Assembly (NCBI RefSeq): GCF_036321535.1
Contig: NC_087437.1
Location: 38,628,001-38,692,000 of the forward strand
Reading direction: 5' to 3'
Length of the DNA: 64,000 nt
Source: Camelus dromedarius
Taxonomy: Eukaryota
The translations under genes and the position numbers were made by a program. Position 1 is the first letter of the stretch; every line of letters starts with the position of its first letter. The notes under the pieces were generated by a model, which worked only from the letters and a program-made list of their open reading frames with translations, did not search any database and had not been told where the DNA came from. Of this stretch, positions 37,956-50,740 are shown piece after piece.

Positions 37956-40927
37956 AAGGAAACTATGTCTTGAATAAAGGAATACAATAATTTTTTAAAG
38001 GCCCTGTGCTTTTTCTATTGTTTCTTCAGTTTTATGAAGTAAGGAAATTCTAAGAAGTATCTACATATTTATGTACTTTGGTTTATCGATCAGTTAAAAA
38101 AAATATTATCCTGGGATATGTCTAACATTGATTTAAAATTTAAAGTAATAAAATCTGAGAGCTCTTTTTAGTCTTAGAGTCCTTTCATTGACTTCCTACT
38201 GACTTCTTGCACAGATTCCAGACCTTTATCATATCCCTTTAGCAGGGTGAATTTCCAGAGAAGAGATCACAAATCTGTATACCATAGAGGTATACATCCT
38301 GCAGCTTCAACATACTAATCTACATTTGTCTCCATTTAACCTGAGAAAATGTTAGATTCTTCATATAAGAAAAGTGGTAATAAATCACAACTTTGTGAAA
38401 TAAAACTTTGTGAAAGGAACGTCAGATGAGCTCCCTGCTTTCATCATTGCAGAATGAAGAATTGTGCCTGGTTTTCCATCTTCATTGTTCACTGTGAGAT
38501 GGTTATCATCAAAAATGATTAAACCAGTCGAACAACTCCTTGACTTTCCAAAAGAGGGTTCAATCTGGCCAGTGGGAATTGAAGAAGAAAACCAGATGTT
38601 TTTAGTAGGCTCAGCAAATTCTATTTTGATATTTTAAATTAACCTTTATGCTACAAACGGAAGGGTCATTTAGAATCTACCAATTTCAAAAATCTCCAAT
38701 AAAGACAATAATGAGGTGACAGGTATCATATACATATTATTACTCACTAAAAAAGATAGTGAAAACACTCAAATAATTTTACTCTTTGAATCCTGTAACA
38801 ACAGACTTAAAAATAAATTAGGATGTAAGGCTCATGTATTGGTGTCATCAAAATATATTAAAAGAGCTAGTTTGTGTCTCTTCATCTCAGAAGAAATGGT
38901 CACTTTCCTTAGACTTTGCAATTCTAGGTAATCATTATTACTGTTGGAACAGCAATAATGAACTATTTGGTTCATTACTTTTATTTATACTAGTGGTTGC
39001 AGAGGCACATGTTTTCTTTGGGCATACATTCATACTGAAAGGATAAGTAAGATTGAGTCGTAATTTAATCACAGTTCTGTTTTGTTTTAAAAACAAATAA
39101 TTGGGTCTCCATCATCTTCCCTGAGTCAAAATAATATCAATTTCTTCTCTATTATGAATAAATGTGAAAATAATGTGTTTTTTATAGACACTGCTCAAAA
39201 ACTTTATACTATTTATAGAAGGATAGATTTTTATTTATAATTTTAAAAAATTTAATTGGGTCATGTATGAAAGGCCTCTTTCCAAAATAATAAAAGCTAA
39301 AATTTACCTTTTACATCCATAATGGAAGTAGCTATGATTAATAAAGCACTGATAATAACCATTTGAGAAAATGACTTTCAAGAAATTGGGGTTTAAAATA
39401 TCTGTCTAAGCTCTAATAACATATGGGTCCCAGTTTATGTAACTTTATGGCCTCATAGTCATATAGTCTTAGAGCTAGCTAAATTACATTGCTAAATATT
39501 AATTTTTATTATACCATATCTCGGTATTATTTTAATCTACTTAAGAACAGTTCTACTGACTATTTCAAAATATACTTTATTTCATTACTATATCAACAAT
39601 TATTACAAGTAAATAGGTCAACATAATCGATCATTTCTAAACAGGAGTATGATATCTAAATAGAAAAATATTGGAATGTATTTAATAAAATGACACATCT
39701 TAGTGTATCAAATGAGAATCTTGATACCTAGGTTTTGCAAGACGAAACATGTTCCATGAAATAATTTAAAATATAAATATATACACAAACTAAACATACA
39801 CACACATACAAGACACACATGCTAAAAATTGGTGATTATGTCATAGATGTTATATAAAAGTAAAAAAATAGTAAATTTGAAAACCCATAAAAAATTGTGT
39901 AATTAAAGCCTTAATGTGGGTTTTTTCCTTAAAATTTTCAATTACTTTATTAGCATCAATTCTTTCAATTAAAAATGTGCAAATTTAAGTTCATAATGTC
40001 AGAGTTTCATTAATTATGGTGCCTGTCTTAACAAATGAAATGCCTCAGCTGTGTATCTTTTCAGTTTCTGTGCTTCACAGATGCTTGGAATGGTGCACAA
40101 ATGACAGTTACTGTACAAAGATTGAACGTTTGTTATTGAATAAAATAAATAGAAGGTGAAAATATTTTAAATTCTAAGGCTATCATTTTATATCCTTTTC
40201 ATATATTATTGATGGTTCTCAGTTTTTAAAAGGAAATACCTACTCTATTCTAGATCTAACCAGGCCATAAATTCATGTCAGATCAGTGTCCTTTCTGGTG
40301 TACAATCATATTTACAAAAACAAAAATGTCTAGATTTCTCTGAGTGTATTATCAAGTTAATAAAGTTGATGCACAATGGACAATGTTTGGCCAGTTCAGA
40401 TAATGGCTGTAAGAATTCTAAAATGAATCTTTGTCATTGACTGGACCCTAAGAAAGTTTGGATATTATTTTCTGAATTTGTATACTAATATAAGCATTCA
40501 TTTCAGAAACCTACAAGTAGTTTGTTTTAAAAGTATAAAAAATATTATTTGGTATATATTCCAAGAACTGTGATTATGATGTTCGTGTCATTGTCTTCTT
40601 CACCATCATTATCTCATCACCATCATCTGTTATAACACATTCATGATTTACAGTCTCTATTTAATCAACTGTATTTTGAGAGCTATTTTCTAATATACTT
40701 CATTAAAATTTTCTTTAGCAATTGTATATGCATTTAGTGACTATAAAAACATGAGTTCTCTTTTTGTTAGTTTTATTATTTACATTGCTTTACAGTAAGT
40801 TGTAATATTTTGTATTATGACCATAGTTACTCCAGACTTTTAAAGAATAAAGATTTAGATATTTATATTCATTTTATACTGTCAAACTTTTAACTATATT
40901 CTCAATTTTATTTGGAAGTTACAAGCA

Positions 40928-41463
40928 CGTTTATTGGGGTTTCCAAGAACCAGACACCAAGATACTGTTAGGAATGCAAGAGATTTATTGAAAGAAAAAA
41001 CAAGGGAGAGAAAGCCAGAAAAGGAGGGGTGAAGAGGTCTGAAATTCTGTGAAGGAAAGTTCATAGAGAAGTTAAAAGAAAGTTACAGTCAGGCTGATGG
41101 GGAGTTCTCCAGTCTTATGTCATCATTTAGAAGAACTCTACAGTCTAACATGAATGAGCCCTCCTTGTATCCCTGCCATACCCAGTTAATTTTTGGAAGC
41201 AACCCTGGGAAACAGAGCTTCAAAGCTAACGTGGTCATGGATTCTGAGTTCAGCACCTGAGGCTATCAATGGTGGTCCCTGCACTGTAAGAACTGAGACA
41301 CACATTTGTGTGATCACTGCAGTCCACCCTACTTCTCAGCAATGGGTGAGCAGCAGCTTGTATAGTGGGCTTCTATTCCCAAGAGAGAAGTTGGTAGCAT
41401 GAACTTTAGGCCCCACTAATGCAGTTGATCTCTGGGCTACATTGGCACTGATCACCTTCCTCC
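40928..41463 (-). mobile_element. ERVL-class LTR (LTR16/LTR33-like) plus adjoining 3' internal stub
   Basis: GGGTTTCCAAGAACCAGAC...TGCAAGAGATTTATTG...CACTGCAGTCCACCC, then GCAGTTGATCTCTGGGC...CACTGATCACCTTCCTCC resembling ERVL-class internal 3' ends. Confidence 0.6.
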
Positions 41464-41716
41464 TGTTAAAATCATTAAACAAGGAGGCCATTGAATGACG
41501 TGGCTTTAATGCCCTAGTGACCTACATAATCAAACTGAAACCTAAAAATGTAATGCCTCAAGCTTAAGAAATTAAAACCTAAGGACAGCCAATCACAAAT
41601 AGCCAGTTAGGCTTTCCCAAATAAAGTAACAACTTAAGCTAGAGCCAATCAAATTGTCTCTGTTTTGCTTTCACCTACGCTCTGTAAAAGTCTTTCCTCA
41701 GGCTCCTGTAAGGGGC
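41464..41716 (+). mobile_element. ERV1-type LTR, 3'-truncated (MER34/MER39-like)
   Basis: TGTTAAAATCATTAAACAAGGAGGCCATT, two AGCCAATCA boxes, CCCAAATAAAG. Confidence 0.75.
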
Positions 41717-44199
41717 ATACATTTTCAGCAAGAAAGGAAGACAGATTTGGATTTTCATTGGCCCTCTTCTTTGGGCCATCTGCAGCTTTAGTGGTCCACA
41801 CTTTTATATTTTTAAATCTCTTCATCTTTTCTCTTTTTTAAAGATTATTTTTATTGTTGGAAGTATTTCTCGGTAATTATGATAGAATATATATCTATAT
41901 GTACATATATCTATATATCTATATATATTCCAAACTTCTACTTAGTGATAGCAAAATGCCAAATCCTAGTAGTTTTCACATTTTCTGGTGATTATCCTAG
42001 GGAATACAAAGAGATTTTTTTAGAAGAGCAAGTATAACGTGTAGTGCACCTAAAAATGGGTGTGTGTTAGTGAGGATGGCATGATTTCTGCTTCTTTTCT
42101 GTATGTCTGGGTAAGAACTACACAGGGATTCCTATAATCTTTTATTGTCTTTTTCCCTTGTGACTGCTTTCCCAATAATGTGGTGAGTACTGCTGCTATT
42201 TGCTTTTTTTTTTTTTAATTATTTCGTTAATTTACTTAGGTTTGGGGTTAGAGGAGTACATTGTGGTATATTTGAATATTTCATTATAAACTAGAACTCT
42301 ATATAGAGTCTTAAATGTCATAAAATAAAAGGAATTTGATTTCATGTTAAAGATTTTACTTTCTGTGTGAAATGGTTTTAAGTAATTAGTTTCAGTTAAA
42401 AAAGCAATTATTTCAAGGAATTCACTAGAATTGCAATAATTTTAGTATGGGTAGACTCAAGTGACTAAATTATTGAAAATACAGATTTATTTACTCACTT
42501 TATGAATTTTAAAACTAAAATGTTTTGTATAATTATTATTTTCTTCAATTTTACCATTAGGAAAATGTGTTAAGAATAGTAATATAATGCCATCTACATG
42601 TTACTTTGGAAAATGACTTGGTGAAACTTTGCCTCGAAAGTAACAATATATGAATATGTGTGCAATTAGCATAGTTGTTATATAATATAGTAAGATAATA
42701 CATTAAATAAAAAATAATTTATATTCTTTAGTATTTCTTTCTCCCTGAAGTTTTCATGAATCCAGCAGTTACAGTGCTGATACAATTTTTTTTAATCTAT
42801 AATGTCAGTTCTCATCTTCTGACAATGCAAATGCTTTGCAGTTTATGAAAATTTTGCTCCATAATATTTGAATGTTTTGCTTAAGGATATTGCTAGACTT
42901 AGATCTTCAAATTCGGTACTATGCACAAATGTTTTATAAGCTCATTTCTTTGTGCTTTATTGGCAAAAAAATAAACAAACCCAAATTAGAACTCTTTCAA
43001 AGAAAATGTTACTAATTAAGTTATAGTTTAAGATAAATACAAATGGATTTGACTTAAATTACACCAATATATTTTTATTCTCCCATTCTGCCATCATAGA
43101 ATTCAGCAATACAAATGCCCTTCAAAAGTAAAAAAACACTATGTAGTCTTCATTTGCTTCTTCTCTTTAAGTAAATACCAATCTTTTCTATCATGAGGGA
43201 AATCTGTTGAGGACTTTGATAATGTAATTTCCACCACCTGTTCTGCTTTCTACATTTTTCTTTTAGATAATAAGCTTATTTTCTATACACCGAATCTCTG
43301 TTGCCTCAAATGTAGGTTTTTGTTTTTCTTTGTGTAGCATCAAATGCTCTCATTCTCTACATACACTGTAGACTCTCAAGGAACAAATGTGATAAAAAGA
43401 AGGTAAATAAAATCCAAAGAAAGTAAGAATGAAAAATGAAAAGAATATGTCCAATCTTTATGTGCAAACATGCTACTTAAAACCTAAAGATGAAAGACAC
43501 GTCTTCCTTAACCTTGCTTAGCGTTATAGATGGAGATTAGGAACAGGGATATGGCAGCATTTTAGAAATTCATGTGGCTAATATTCATTGCTACATAAAG
43601 TCAAACTATCACTCAGATTCTATAAACAATTATCAGTAAGTAATATTTTACATGTTTTCTTGTGAAATAGAAATTACTGTCATATCATATATAGAAAAAC
43701 TAAGCCTCAGAAAGCTTCAAAGATCTGCCAAGTGTCACAAATCAGTAATTTATCATGTTGTATTTCCAACTAGATAATTTTACAGACAGTGATATACAGT
43801 AGAAAAGAAGGGTATTTAGATTCTTACTTGTCAATGTCGTCAAGACTAAATGGTGAAAAGATTTAATTACTTTATACAAAGGTCTAGCACTAATGACATT
43901 ATACAAAGACATACCGGTCTAAAAATTTTAGCATCAGGAGACAGAACTCAAATTGTTGTTGAGAGTGACTCTTCTAAAAGCAACTCTTAAAGACAGAAAG
44001 AATTTGGACACAAAGAGCCCAGTGTACATGCTTGTTGACTCAAGGGTTCCCAAAAATGCTGACAAGCGAAGCTCTTCAACATGATCTTAGTGCAGTCTGT
44101 AGAACTGTCAACGGATGAAATTCATATTCAATATCTAAAACAAAGAACACCAACCTAGATGTACTTTTTACTGTATTTAGGGAGAGCTTGCCAGTGAAG

Positions 44200-44760
44200 C
44201 ATAGTCTCTCCAAGGAGAATCAACTGCTGATTTTTTATTGAATATTTTGGAAACATGGAATCCAAGGATTGATGAAATTTTGCAGGTGAGTGATTTGACG
44301 TAATTTGTCCATAGTGAAACTCCTGTTGAGTGGTTGTCATTCAAAAGAGAATCCATTTTTAATTGCTTGACTTTTCGAAGCGAGGAGCCCTCATTGATTG
44401 GTAGGCAGGCAAAAGCGTGTTCACTGAGGTAAGGTATTGTTACTTAATGATTAAACTGCTTTAAAAACAGTTGCAGTGGCTATGCTTTATCATAAATACA
44501 GACTTCTATTTATTAATTAGGCATGTTCAAGCAGGGCCTGGTGGCTGTTGTTACCATGGCTACACAATAATCCATGTTTTCCTGGGAATGTGGGAATATT
44601 TTTATCATATGTATTTACAATTAGTATTATTATTAATCTAGGTGTTCCGTGTAGTATATTATATCCATATATTTTGAAATGTGAAATGTGAAATGTGTAC
44701 CCTTCTGTGAAGAATGCCAACTGGTTTGACAGATTTCATTTAAATCAAGACTTGTATTTA
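44200..44760 (+). promoter_or_regulatory. Candidate enhancer/promoter or first exon (non-repetitive)
   Basis: TGACGTAA (44296), ATTGATTGG (44393-44401), X-box-like GTTACCATGGCTAC (44550-44563), donors CAG|GTGAGT (44285) and GAG|GTAAGG (44428), retained CpGs. Confidence 0.35.
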
Positions 44761-46324
44761 TCTACTTCAACTTGGCTTTTGAGGGGACGGTTTTATCTTT
44801 AACTAATGTCACGAGTCATAGCTTTCTTACTCTCACAAATATTATATAACTCTAAGTTAACAAAGACTTCTAAGCTGTTACAGACATCATGGCATGTGAT
44901 GGTTGGAGGAGTAAAATCTCCCTGGATCAATCCATTTGTTCACTTTTCTAGTAGAAAATTTTGTTTTTTTCAAAATTTCTAAAGAAAAATACTTTTTTTT
45001 GTAAAGCTCATTAATTTTGAAATATTGAAAATCTATGAAAACGTATGTACTTTGGGGATAAGAATATTTCAATTTAAATTAATAATGTAAACAAGATTAT
45101 GCAAGTAACACTTATTTTAGGTGGCATCAAAGACCTTTCAAAGATTGATATTCATGTGAGCCGCTAATTTAACACTAATAATTTTTATTTTTGTCATTTA
45201 ACCCTACTTGGCAGACTTCATTAGCCTAGTTAGAGTTTCTCTTCATTGTAATAAAACTATGTTAAGAATATAGTTCAGTCTTTTAAAAATACAAATTGAT
45301 CTTCATCCAGGTAGCCTGAATTAGCAGTTTTAAAAAAATATACTTTAAGAAGTAATGCAGAAAAAATAATCTACAATTAGGTGTTAAAAATGTCTTGGCT
45401 CTAATCTCAGCATTGCTAATAACTAGCTACACTTTCACAAAAAATTGATCTCTCTGAGCCCTGAAGTTTTAACTAGTACTACAATTATTTTTTACAATAA
45501 AATTTGAGCTTATTATACATATATATAATATATGTGTATATAAAACATTTATTGGATAATGTTTATATATGCATCAAAATTAGAATATTCTGCTGATTCA
45601 CAATAGAAAAATAATTTGTAATTTTTGCTCAAAAGTATTCTTCCTTTCCATTTCACTCTGAGAGTATGAAACAATTAATTGCAAAGATCCTGGATCAATT
45701 AACAGAAGACCTTTGATGGAATGTGCTTATCATAATAGTAGATTCCATGGTTGCTCAATTAGTGGTAACTTTGATCTGCAGAATAAATATAAATTCCTTA
45801 GAAATTTATTCTATAATCTGACCCCAGCCTATACCTGCTGTACCATCTCTCACTCCTCTTTCTCTTTCATACCGTGTTCTAAATAAATAACTCACGATTG
45901 CTCACTCGTAACTGTTTACCTCAGTGCATGGGGTTTTTTTCCCAGTAAAACAGCCTTTATCCTCTCTGTACTTCTCAAGTCTAACTCACACTTTTCATGA
46001 GGCTCTCTTGTTTCCCCAAATCAGAATAACAGCACTTACCTCCATCTGCCTGGTATTGGGATAACTTATAGCTATCTCATATAGTTTTGATAAAGAGATA
46101 ATAAATAAATACCATCATTTGTATATGACTTACTTTATATATCTTATCTCAACTTCCTGATTATATATAAGTAGCTACAGTCACCAAGTCACCAACTTAA
46201 ATAATAAAGGCGGAAGTATTTTTACATAATAATCAAATTTGGGAGAATTAATTTAATCTAGGAATATATGTTAAGTATCCACTTTTCTTTCTCTGTAAGA
46301 AATATTTTTAATATAAGAAACAGC

Positions 46325-46366
46325 TTAGGAGAATCCATTACAAGTTTAGGAGAATCCATTACGAGT
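46325..46366. repeat. 21-bp tandem duplication
   Basis: TTAGGAGAATCCATTACAAGT / TTAGGAGAATCCATTACGAGT. Confidence 0.95.
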
Positions 46367-47004
46367 AAGTGGCTATAAACATAATTCCACACAGGATTTG
46401 CTAATGGCAGAGGAAAATAAGAAGCAATACTGGAGAGGGAGATATGAAGTTCTAATTACTAATCAGAATGATATTTTGTAGACAAAAGTCAAAAGATGAT
46501 CATTAATTTAAATCTTAAATAACAAAGATTTATTGATCAAGTACAGGAGCAAGTTTCTACAGCTGAGATAATGAAAAAAGTTTAATTTAATGAATTCTTA
46601 TGTGAATATATCACATTTGCTACAGGTGCATTTTGTCTGAGATAAAAATTACCTTTAATCATTCCATGCTAGGCTTGCAAAAGTTCTAAAAGATGATTAA
46701 ATAGTAATGATACAATACATCTCAAAGTACTGTAACACCAACAAAAAGCTGGGGTAAAAGCTGATATTTTATGGTTTGTGGCCTCCTTAAAGATTTTCTG
46801 GTGGGTTTTTTGGGGGGTCTTTTTGACCTTAAACTTTAAGTTTTTGATAATAAGTTCTGTGGTAATAAAAATATTATTTTAGCAATTATTTTAAAAAACA
46901 AAAATAGATCTTTCTGGGAAACAAGTAAATTTTAATTTCTCTTATGCAACCTGTGTTTCAGATATAGGTTCTATGTTAAAGAACAATGTGATGTTTAAAA
47001 TTTA

Positions 47005-47135
47005 AGCATGCATGAATAATTACATGAGGCATTAATAAAATGCAAATTCAGATAATACTGCCAGATACTCTGATTCAGTAGGCCTGGGTTGGGGCCCAGG
47101 AATCTGCTTCCTAGGTGATTCCAATACTGAATCAG
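47005..47135. mobile_element. MER5A (hAT-Charlie) fragment
   Basis: AAAATGCAAATTC...TCTGATTCAGTAGGCCTGGGTTGGGGCCCAGGAATCTGC...AGGTGATTC. Confidence 0.85.
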
Positions 47136-48925
47136 AGAAATAGAACAGATTTTCTCTGAAAAGAGTGTGGACCAAGGTCAGTCCTCAGCTACCTGGGGTT
47201 ATTCTGTAGTGTAAGTAAAGTCTGACATGCTTACAGAAACCTGACTTTGATATTAGCTGTACTTCATAGTTGAGCAAGACCCACGTTTCTGAGATCAGCT
47301 TCTCGATCTGTAAAACAAGAGTAACTACCTTTTAGAATAGATGCACAAATTAGAATAAGAACTTGTAAAATAGAAGGAACCCTAACTGTTAATTGTCTAT
47401 CTCCCTTGCCCCAACATAGTAATATATTTTGGACTGCTGTCAGTTATAATAGCCCACAATATCTCTAAGAGTTGAGGACCAGGTCCTTCTGTGAAGGGGA
47501 CTGTGCTTTTTCAAAGATGTCCTGTAGATACCCAGAACCAGGGAGTCCAAAGTTCAGGAAGAATAAATCATATTGTGAGGACACATCATTAGCTCTGAAC
47601 GATTAACTGAGCAGCTCTGGGCATTCAGTGATCAGGTGCGGTGTGTTTTTTCCTGCAGGGATGGCCAATCCCACCAACTGAGTAGTGAAGGTGAGGATGG
47701 TAGAAGCGTTGTTTGTTAGTTAGTATAAGTAAGCAAAAGAAGATTTCTAGCCACAGACCAAGGTTTATAACTATCCAATTAATTTAAAATCTAGAACTAA
47801 ATCTCATTGATCTCTTGAACTTGATGAAGGAAGAATGGCCATGTGACAAAGACACATGACAAGTTCATGATTTGTCTGTTTGTTCAGGGATAATCTATAT
47901 TGTGTATAGGTTCTGTTAATACCCTTCTTTTTCCTGGGACAGATTTAGTTGAAAGTCACCATGGACTAGGAAGAGGAAGCTCACCCACAGTTATCCTCAC
48001 TGGACTCCACTAATGTCTACAGTCCTTAATTTACAGTCCTCCAGGTCACCCTTTGATCATCCGAACTCATGGTCCTGCTGTTAGCAGCTGAAGCAGCTGC
48101 AAGTTCTCAGCTTCTTGTCCACTTTGGCAAACTTGTCACCATTTGGCCTCTGGTATGCAAGCTCTTCTCATCATAACCATAAGACTGTTTTAGACACATG
48201 GCCTCTCTCCCTCAGCCAGCTGAGGGACCTAGTCTCTACTCTGGACACTGGGACTCTAGGTTTAGGAAAGATTGCTTTTTGGCTCATTCACCAGATGTCT
48301 CACATAGCCATTGCTTTTAAAAAACCAAGGAACCATGTTCCAACCTGGATTCAACTTTAATGATGCTACTCTTCTGAAGCCAAAGGCATGTGATATTCTT
48401 ATCACGAAGCAGCTTGAACTGAGCCTTCTTTCAGATACCATCATTAGAATCTTCTCTGTGACATAGGGAGAGAATCTTTATCTTATCTCTGAGACACAAA
48501 CTATTTCCACTTATTTGTCTATTACTTTCTTCCTCACTGCCTCTACACAGTCAGGGCAAACATCCACTTCTTTCTGGAGTACTCCAAGGTGGGCCAATGT
48601 AAGGAAAATCTCAAGAAAATAAATTTTTAATTCTGACCTATATTCTGCTATTCCTATTGATTATGTCAGGATCTTCCCTTAGCAATGCTCAAAAAGCCTT
48701 TTATGTAATACTTTTGTCTCTCTAGTCCCTTTGTCGTGAGTTTCAGAGTTTGTTTGGAGACTGAAAACTGAGTTTCTTTTACTTATATCTGTTATTTCAG
48801 TCCTCTCCTCAACTCACTGCTTCTTTACATCAGTTCAAACTTCAAGGAGCACGAGTTCCAGCTGAATCCCTACCCCATTTCAAAGCCCTGAACCTGGGAA
48901 ATGCCCAGGTCAATTACTTGTCTTC

Positions 48926-49286
48926 TGCAATGGACTGAATGTTTATGCCCTTCCTTTCCTAAAATTCATACGTTGAAACCTCAGTCCCCATGTGATTGTA
49001 TTTGGAGGTAGGTCTTTAAGAGGTAATTAGGTCATGATGGTAGAGCCTTCGTAAATGGAATTAACCCTGATTAACATAAGAATATGTTAGATAGCCCATG
49101 TGCTCTCGACTACTCTTTGAAGACACAAGAAATTGGCAGTCTGTAACCAGAAGGCGGTCCTTATGAGACCCTGCCATGCAGGCATCATTATCTTGGACTT
49201 CCAATTTCCAAAAATGTGAAAAGTAAATATCTGTTTTTGATAAGCCACCCAGTTTATATTTTGTCATAGCCATCAAACCTAAGACA
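48926..49286 (+). mobile_element. MaLR solo LTR (MLT1A-like)
   Basis: TGCAATGGACTGAATGTTTATG...AAAATTCATACGTTGAAACC...TAAGCCACCCAGT...CTAAGACA. Confidence 0.9.
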
Positions 49287-49405
49287 CCTCTTTACCTTTC
49301 ATAATAATGGGGCTGTTAGTAGGTATTTTTTTTCCTACTTATTAGTTTGTATTATCAGAAATTGAGACAGACAATGGGAGAAAATAATAATAAAATAGTA
49401 ATAGT

Positions 49406-49719
49406 CACTGACCTGAAACAAATAGACTGACAGATATTTCTCCAGCAAAGATGGGTTTATTCAGGGTCTGCAATCATGTTGAGCCATATGCAAGTCCCCT
49501 CACAGCAAAGGAATGAGAACACTTTTATAAACAGGAAAAAGAAATTGGGATGGCTGTAGTAAACAAAGAATCCAAAGCTTTTCATTAGCTGATTCCTCTC
49601 CAGAAAAGAAGAATCTTTCTTCTTTCTATTAGTCTCTGCTATTATCATAGGGCTTGAGAATTCACCCTTGGGTCTTTCAACTCTATTTAGTTGAGGTTCC
49701 TGTTTAGTAATTTGTTACA
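49406..49719 (-). mobile_element. ERV1-type solo LTR, same family as 12870-13211
   Basis: 49431-49462 is the exact reverse complement of 13156-13187; ends ...TTTGTTACA; TSD TAGT/CAGT. Confidence 0.85.
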
Positions 49720-49769
49720 CAGTATAATATAATAAAAATAATGTCATTGATGATAAAGTGTTAAAATGT

Positions 49770-49990
49770 TAATTCATTGAGTACCCACTATGTGCCAAGC
49801 ATTTTCTGAGTAATTTACATGGGTTTACTCTTAGAGTTTATTACAATAACCCTATGAGGTATATATTGCCATTATTCTCAATTTAAAGATGTTGAAATTG
49901 AAGCAGAAAAGTTAATTTGCCTAAGCTCACTCAGCTAACAAGTGAAATAATCAGAATCTCAACCTGATCATCTTGTTCCAAGCCTATGAA
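49770..49990 (-). mobile_element. MIR SINE
   Basis: ATTGAGTACCCACTATGTGCCAAGCA...AACCCTATGAGGTA...TTGCCTAAGCTCACTCAGCTA. Confidence 0.85.
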
Positions 49991-50049
49991 TTAATTTATT
50001 AAGATATACTCCTTACATATTAATCACCCAGTATTATAATATACAATTA

Positions 50050-50300
50050 GCAAGACATGGATTTCTGTCCCAGTTTTATCACTTAATGACTGTGTCCTTG
50101 AGCAAGTTACTAATTGTCATCTGGTTCAGTTGTCTTATTGTAAAATGGGAATAATATTACCATTTTCAAAGACTTAAATTATCTAAGACAATTTATTCAT
50201 TTATAGAAGGAACAAGACCATTCATAGATTAGTAGTTGAAGTTGAAAGAATGTATGTACATCATGTGCTTAACCCAATGCCTAACTCATGATAAGTTATA
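50050..50300 (+). mobile_element. MIR SINE
   Basis: CTGTGTCCTTGAGCAAGTTACT...TGTAAAATGGGAATAATA. Confidence 0.7.
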
Positions 50301-50554
50301 AAAAATGATTATGAAATAAAAATAGATTGGAATGTGGAAGTGCTGTACTTTTCTTATAGTTTTAGGTGTATTAAACATGAAAAACCATAAATCATATAAC
50401 AAAATATTTGTGTAATTCTGATTATACTGTATGGTATATATGTGTTACATGTGAACTTTGCTTTGTTGATTTTGTACCTACATAATACCATAGACAGCTA
50501 AGAATGTAACTTTACATATTTTGTTTTTGGAAGTGGAATGAGCATAGCTATTGC

Positions 50555-50740
50555 AGACAAGCAGAGATTTAGCACTTGCTAGCTGTATGAGAGTGAAAAA
50601 TAATTAAACTCTCTTAGTCTCAATATCCATGTCTCTGAAACTGGAACATAAAAACTTCAGCTCGGAGTTATTTTGTCAATTTACTTTGAGAAAAAAAATG
50701 TAAAATTCTAACCCAGTCCCAGGCATATGGTGGTTCTTTG
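50555..50740 (+). mobile_element. MIR SINE (degenerate)
   Basis: CACTTGCTAGCTGTATGA...CTCTTAGTCTCAAT...CCCAGGCATATGGT. Confidence 0.55.

Noticed and set aside
12870..49719. The two ERV1 LTRs as ends of one provirus
   Set aside because: Opposite orientation, separate TSDs, 36 kb apart.
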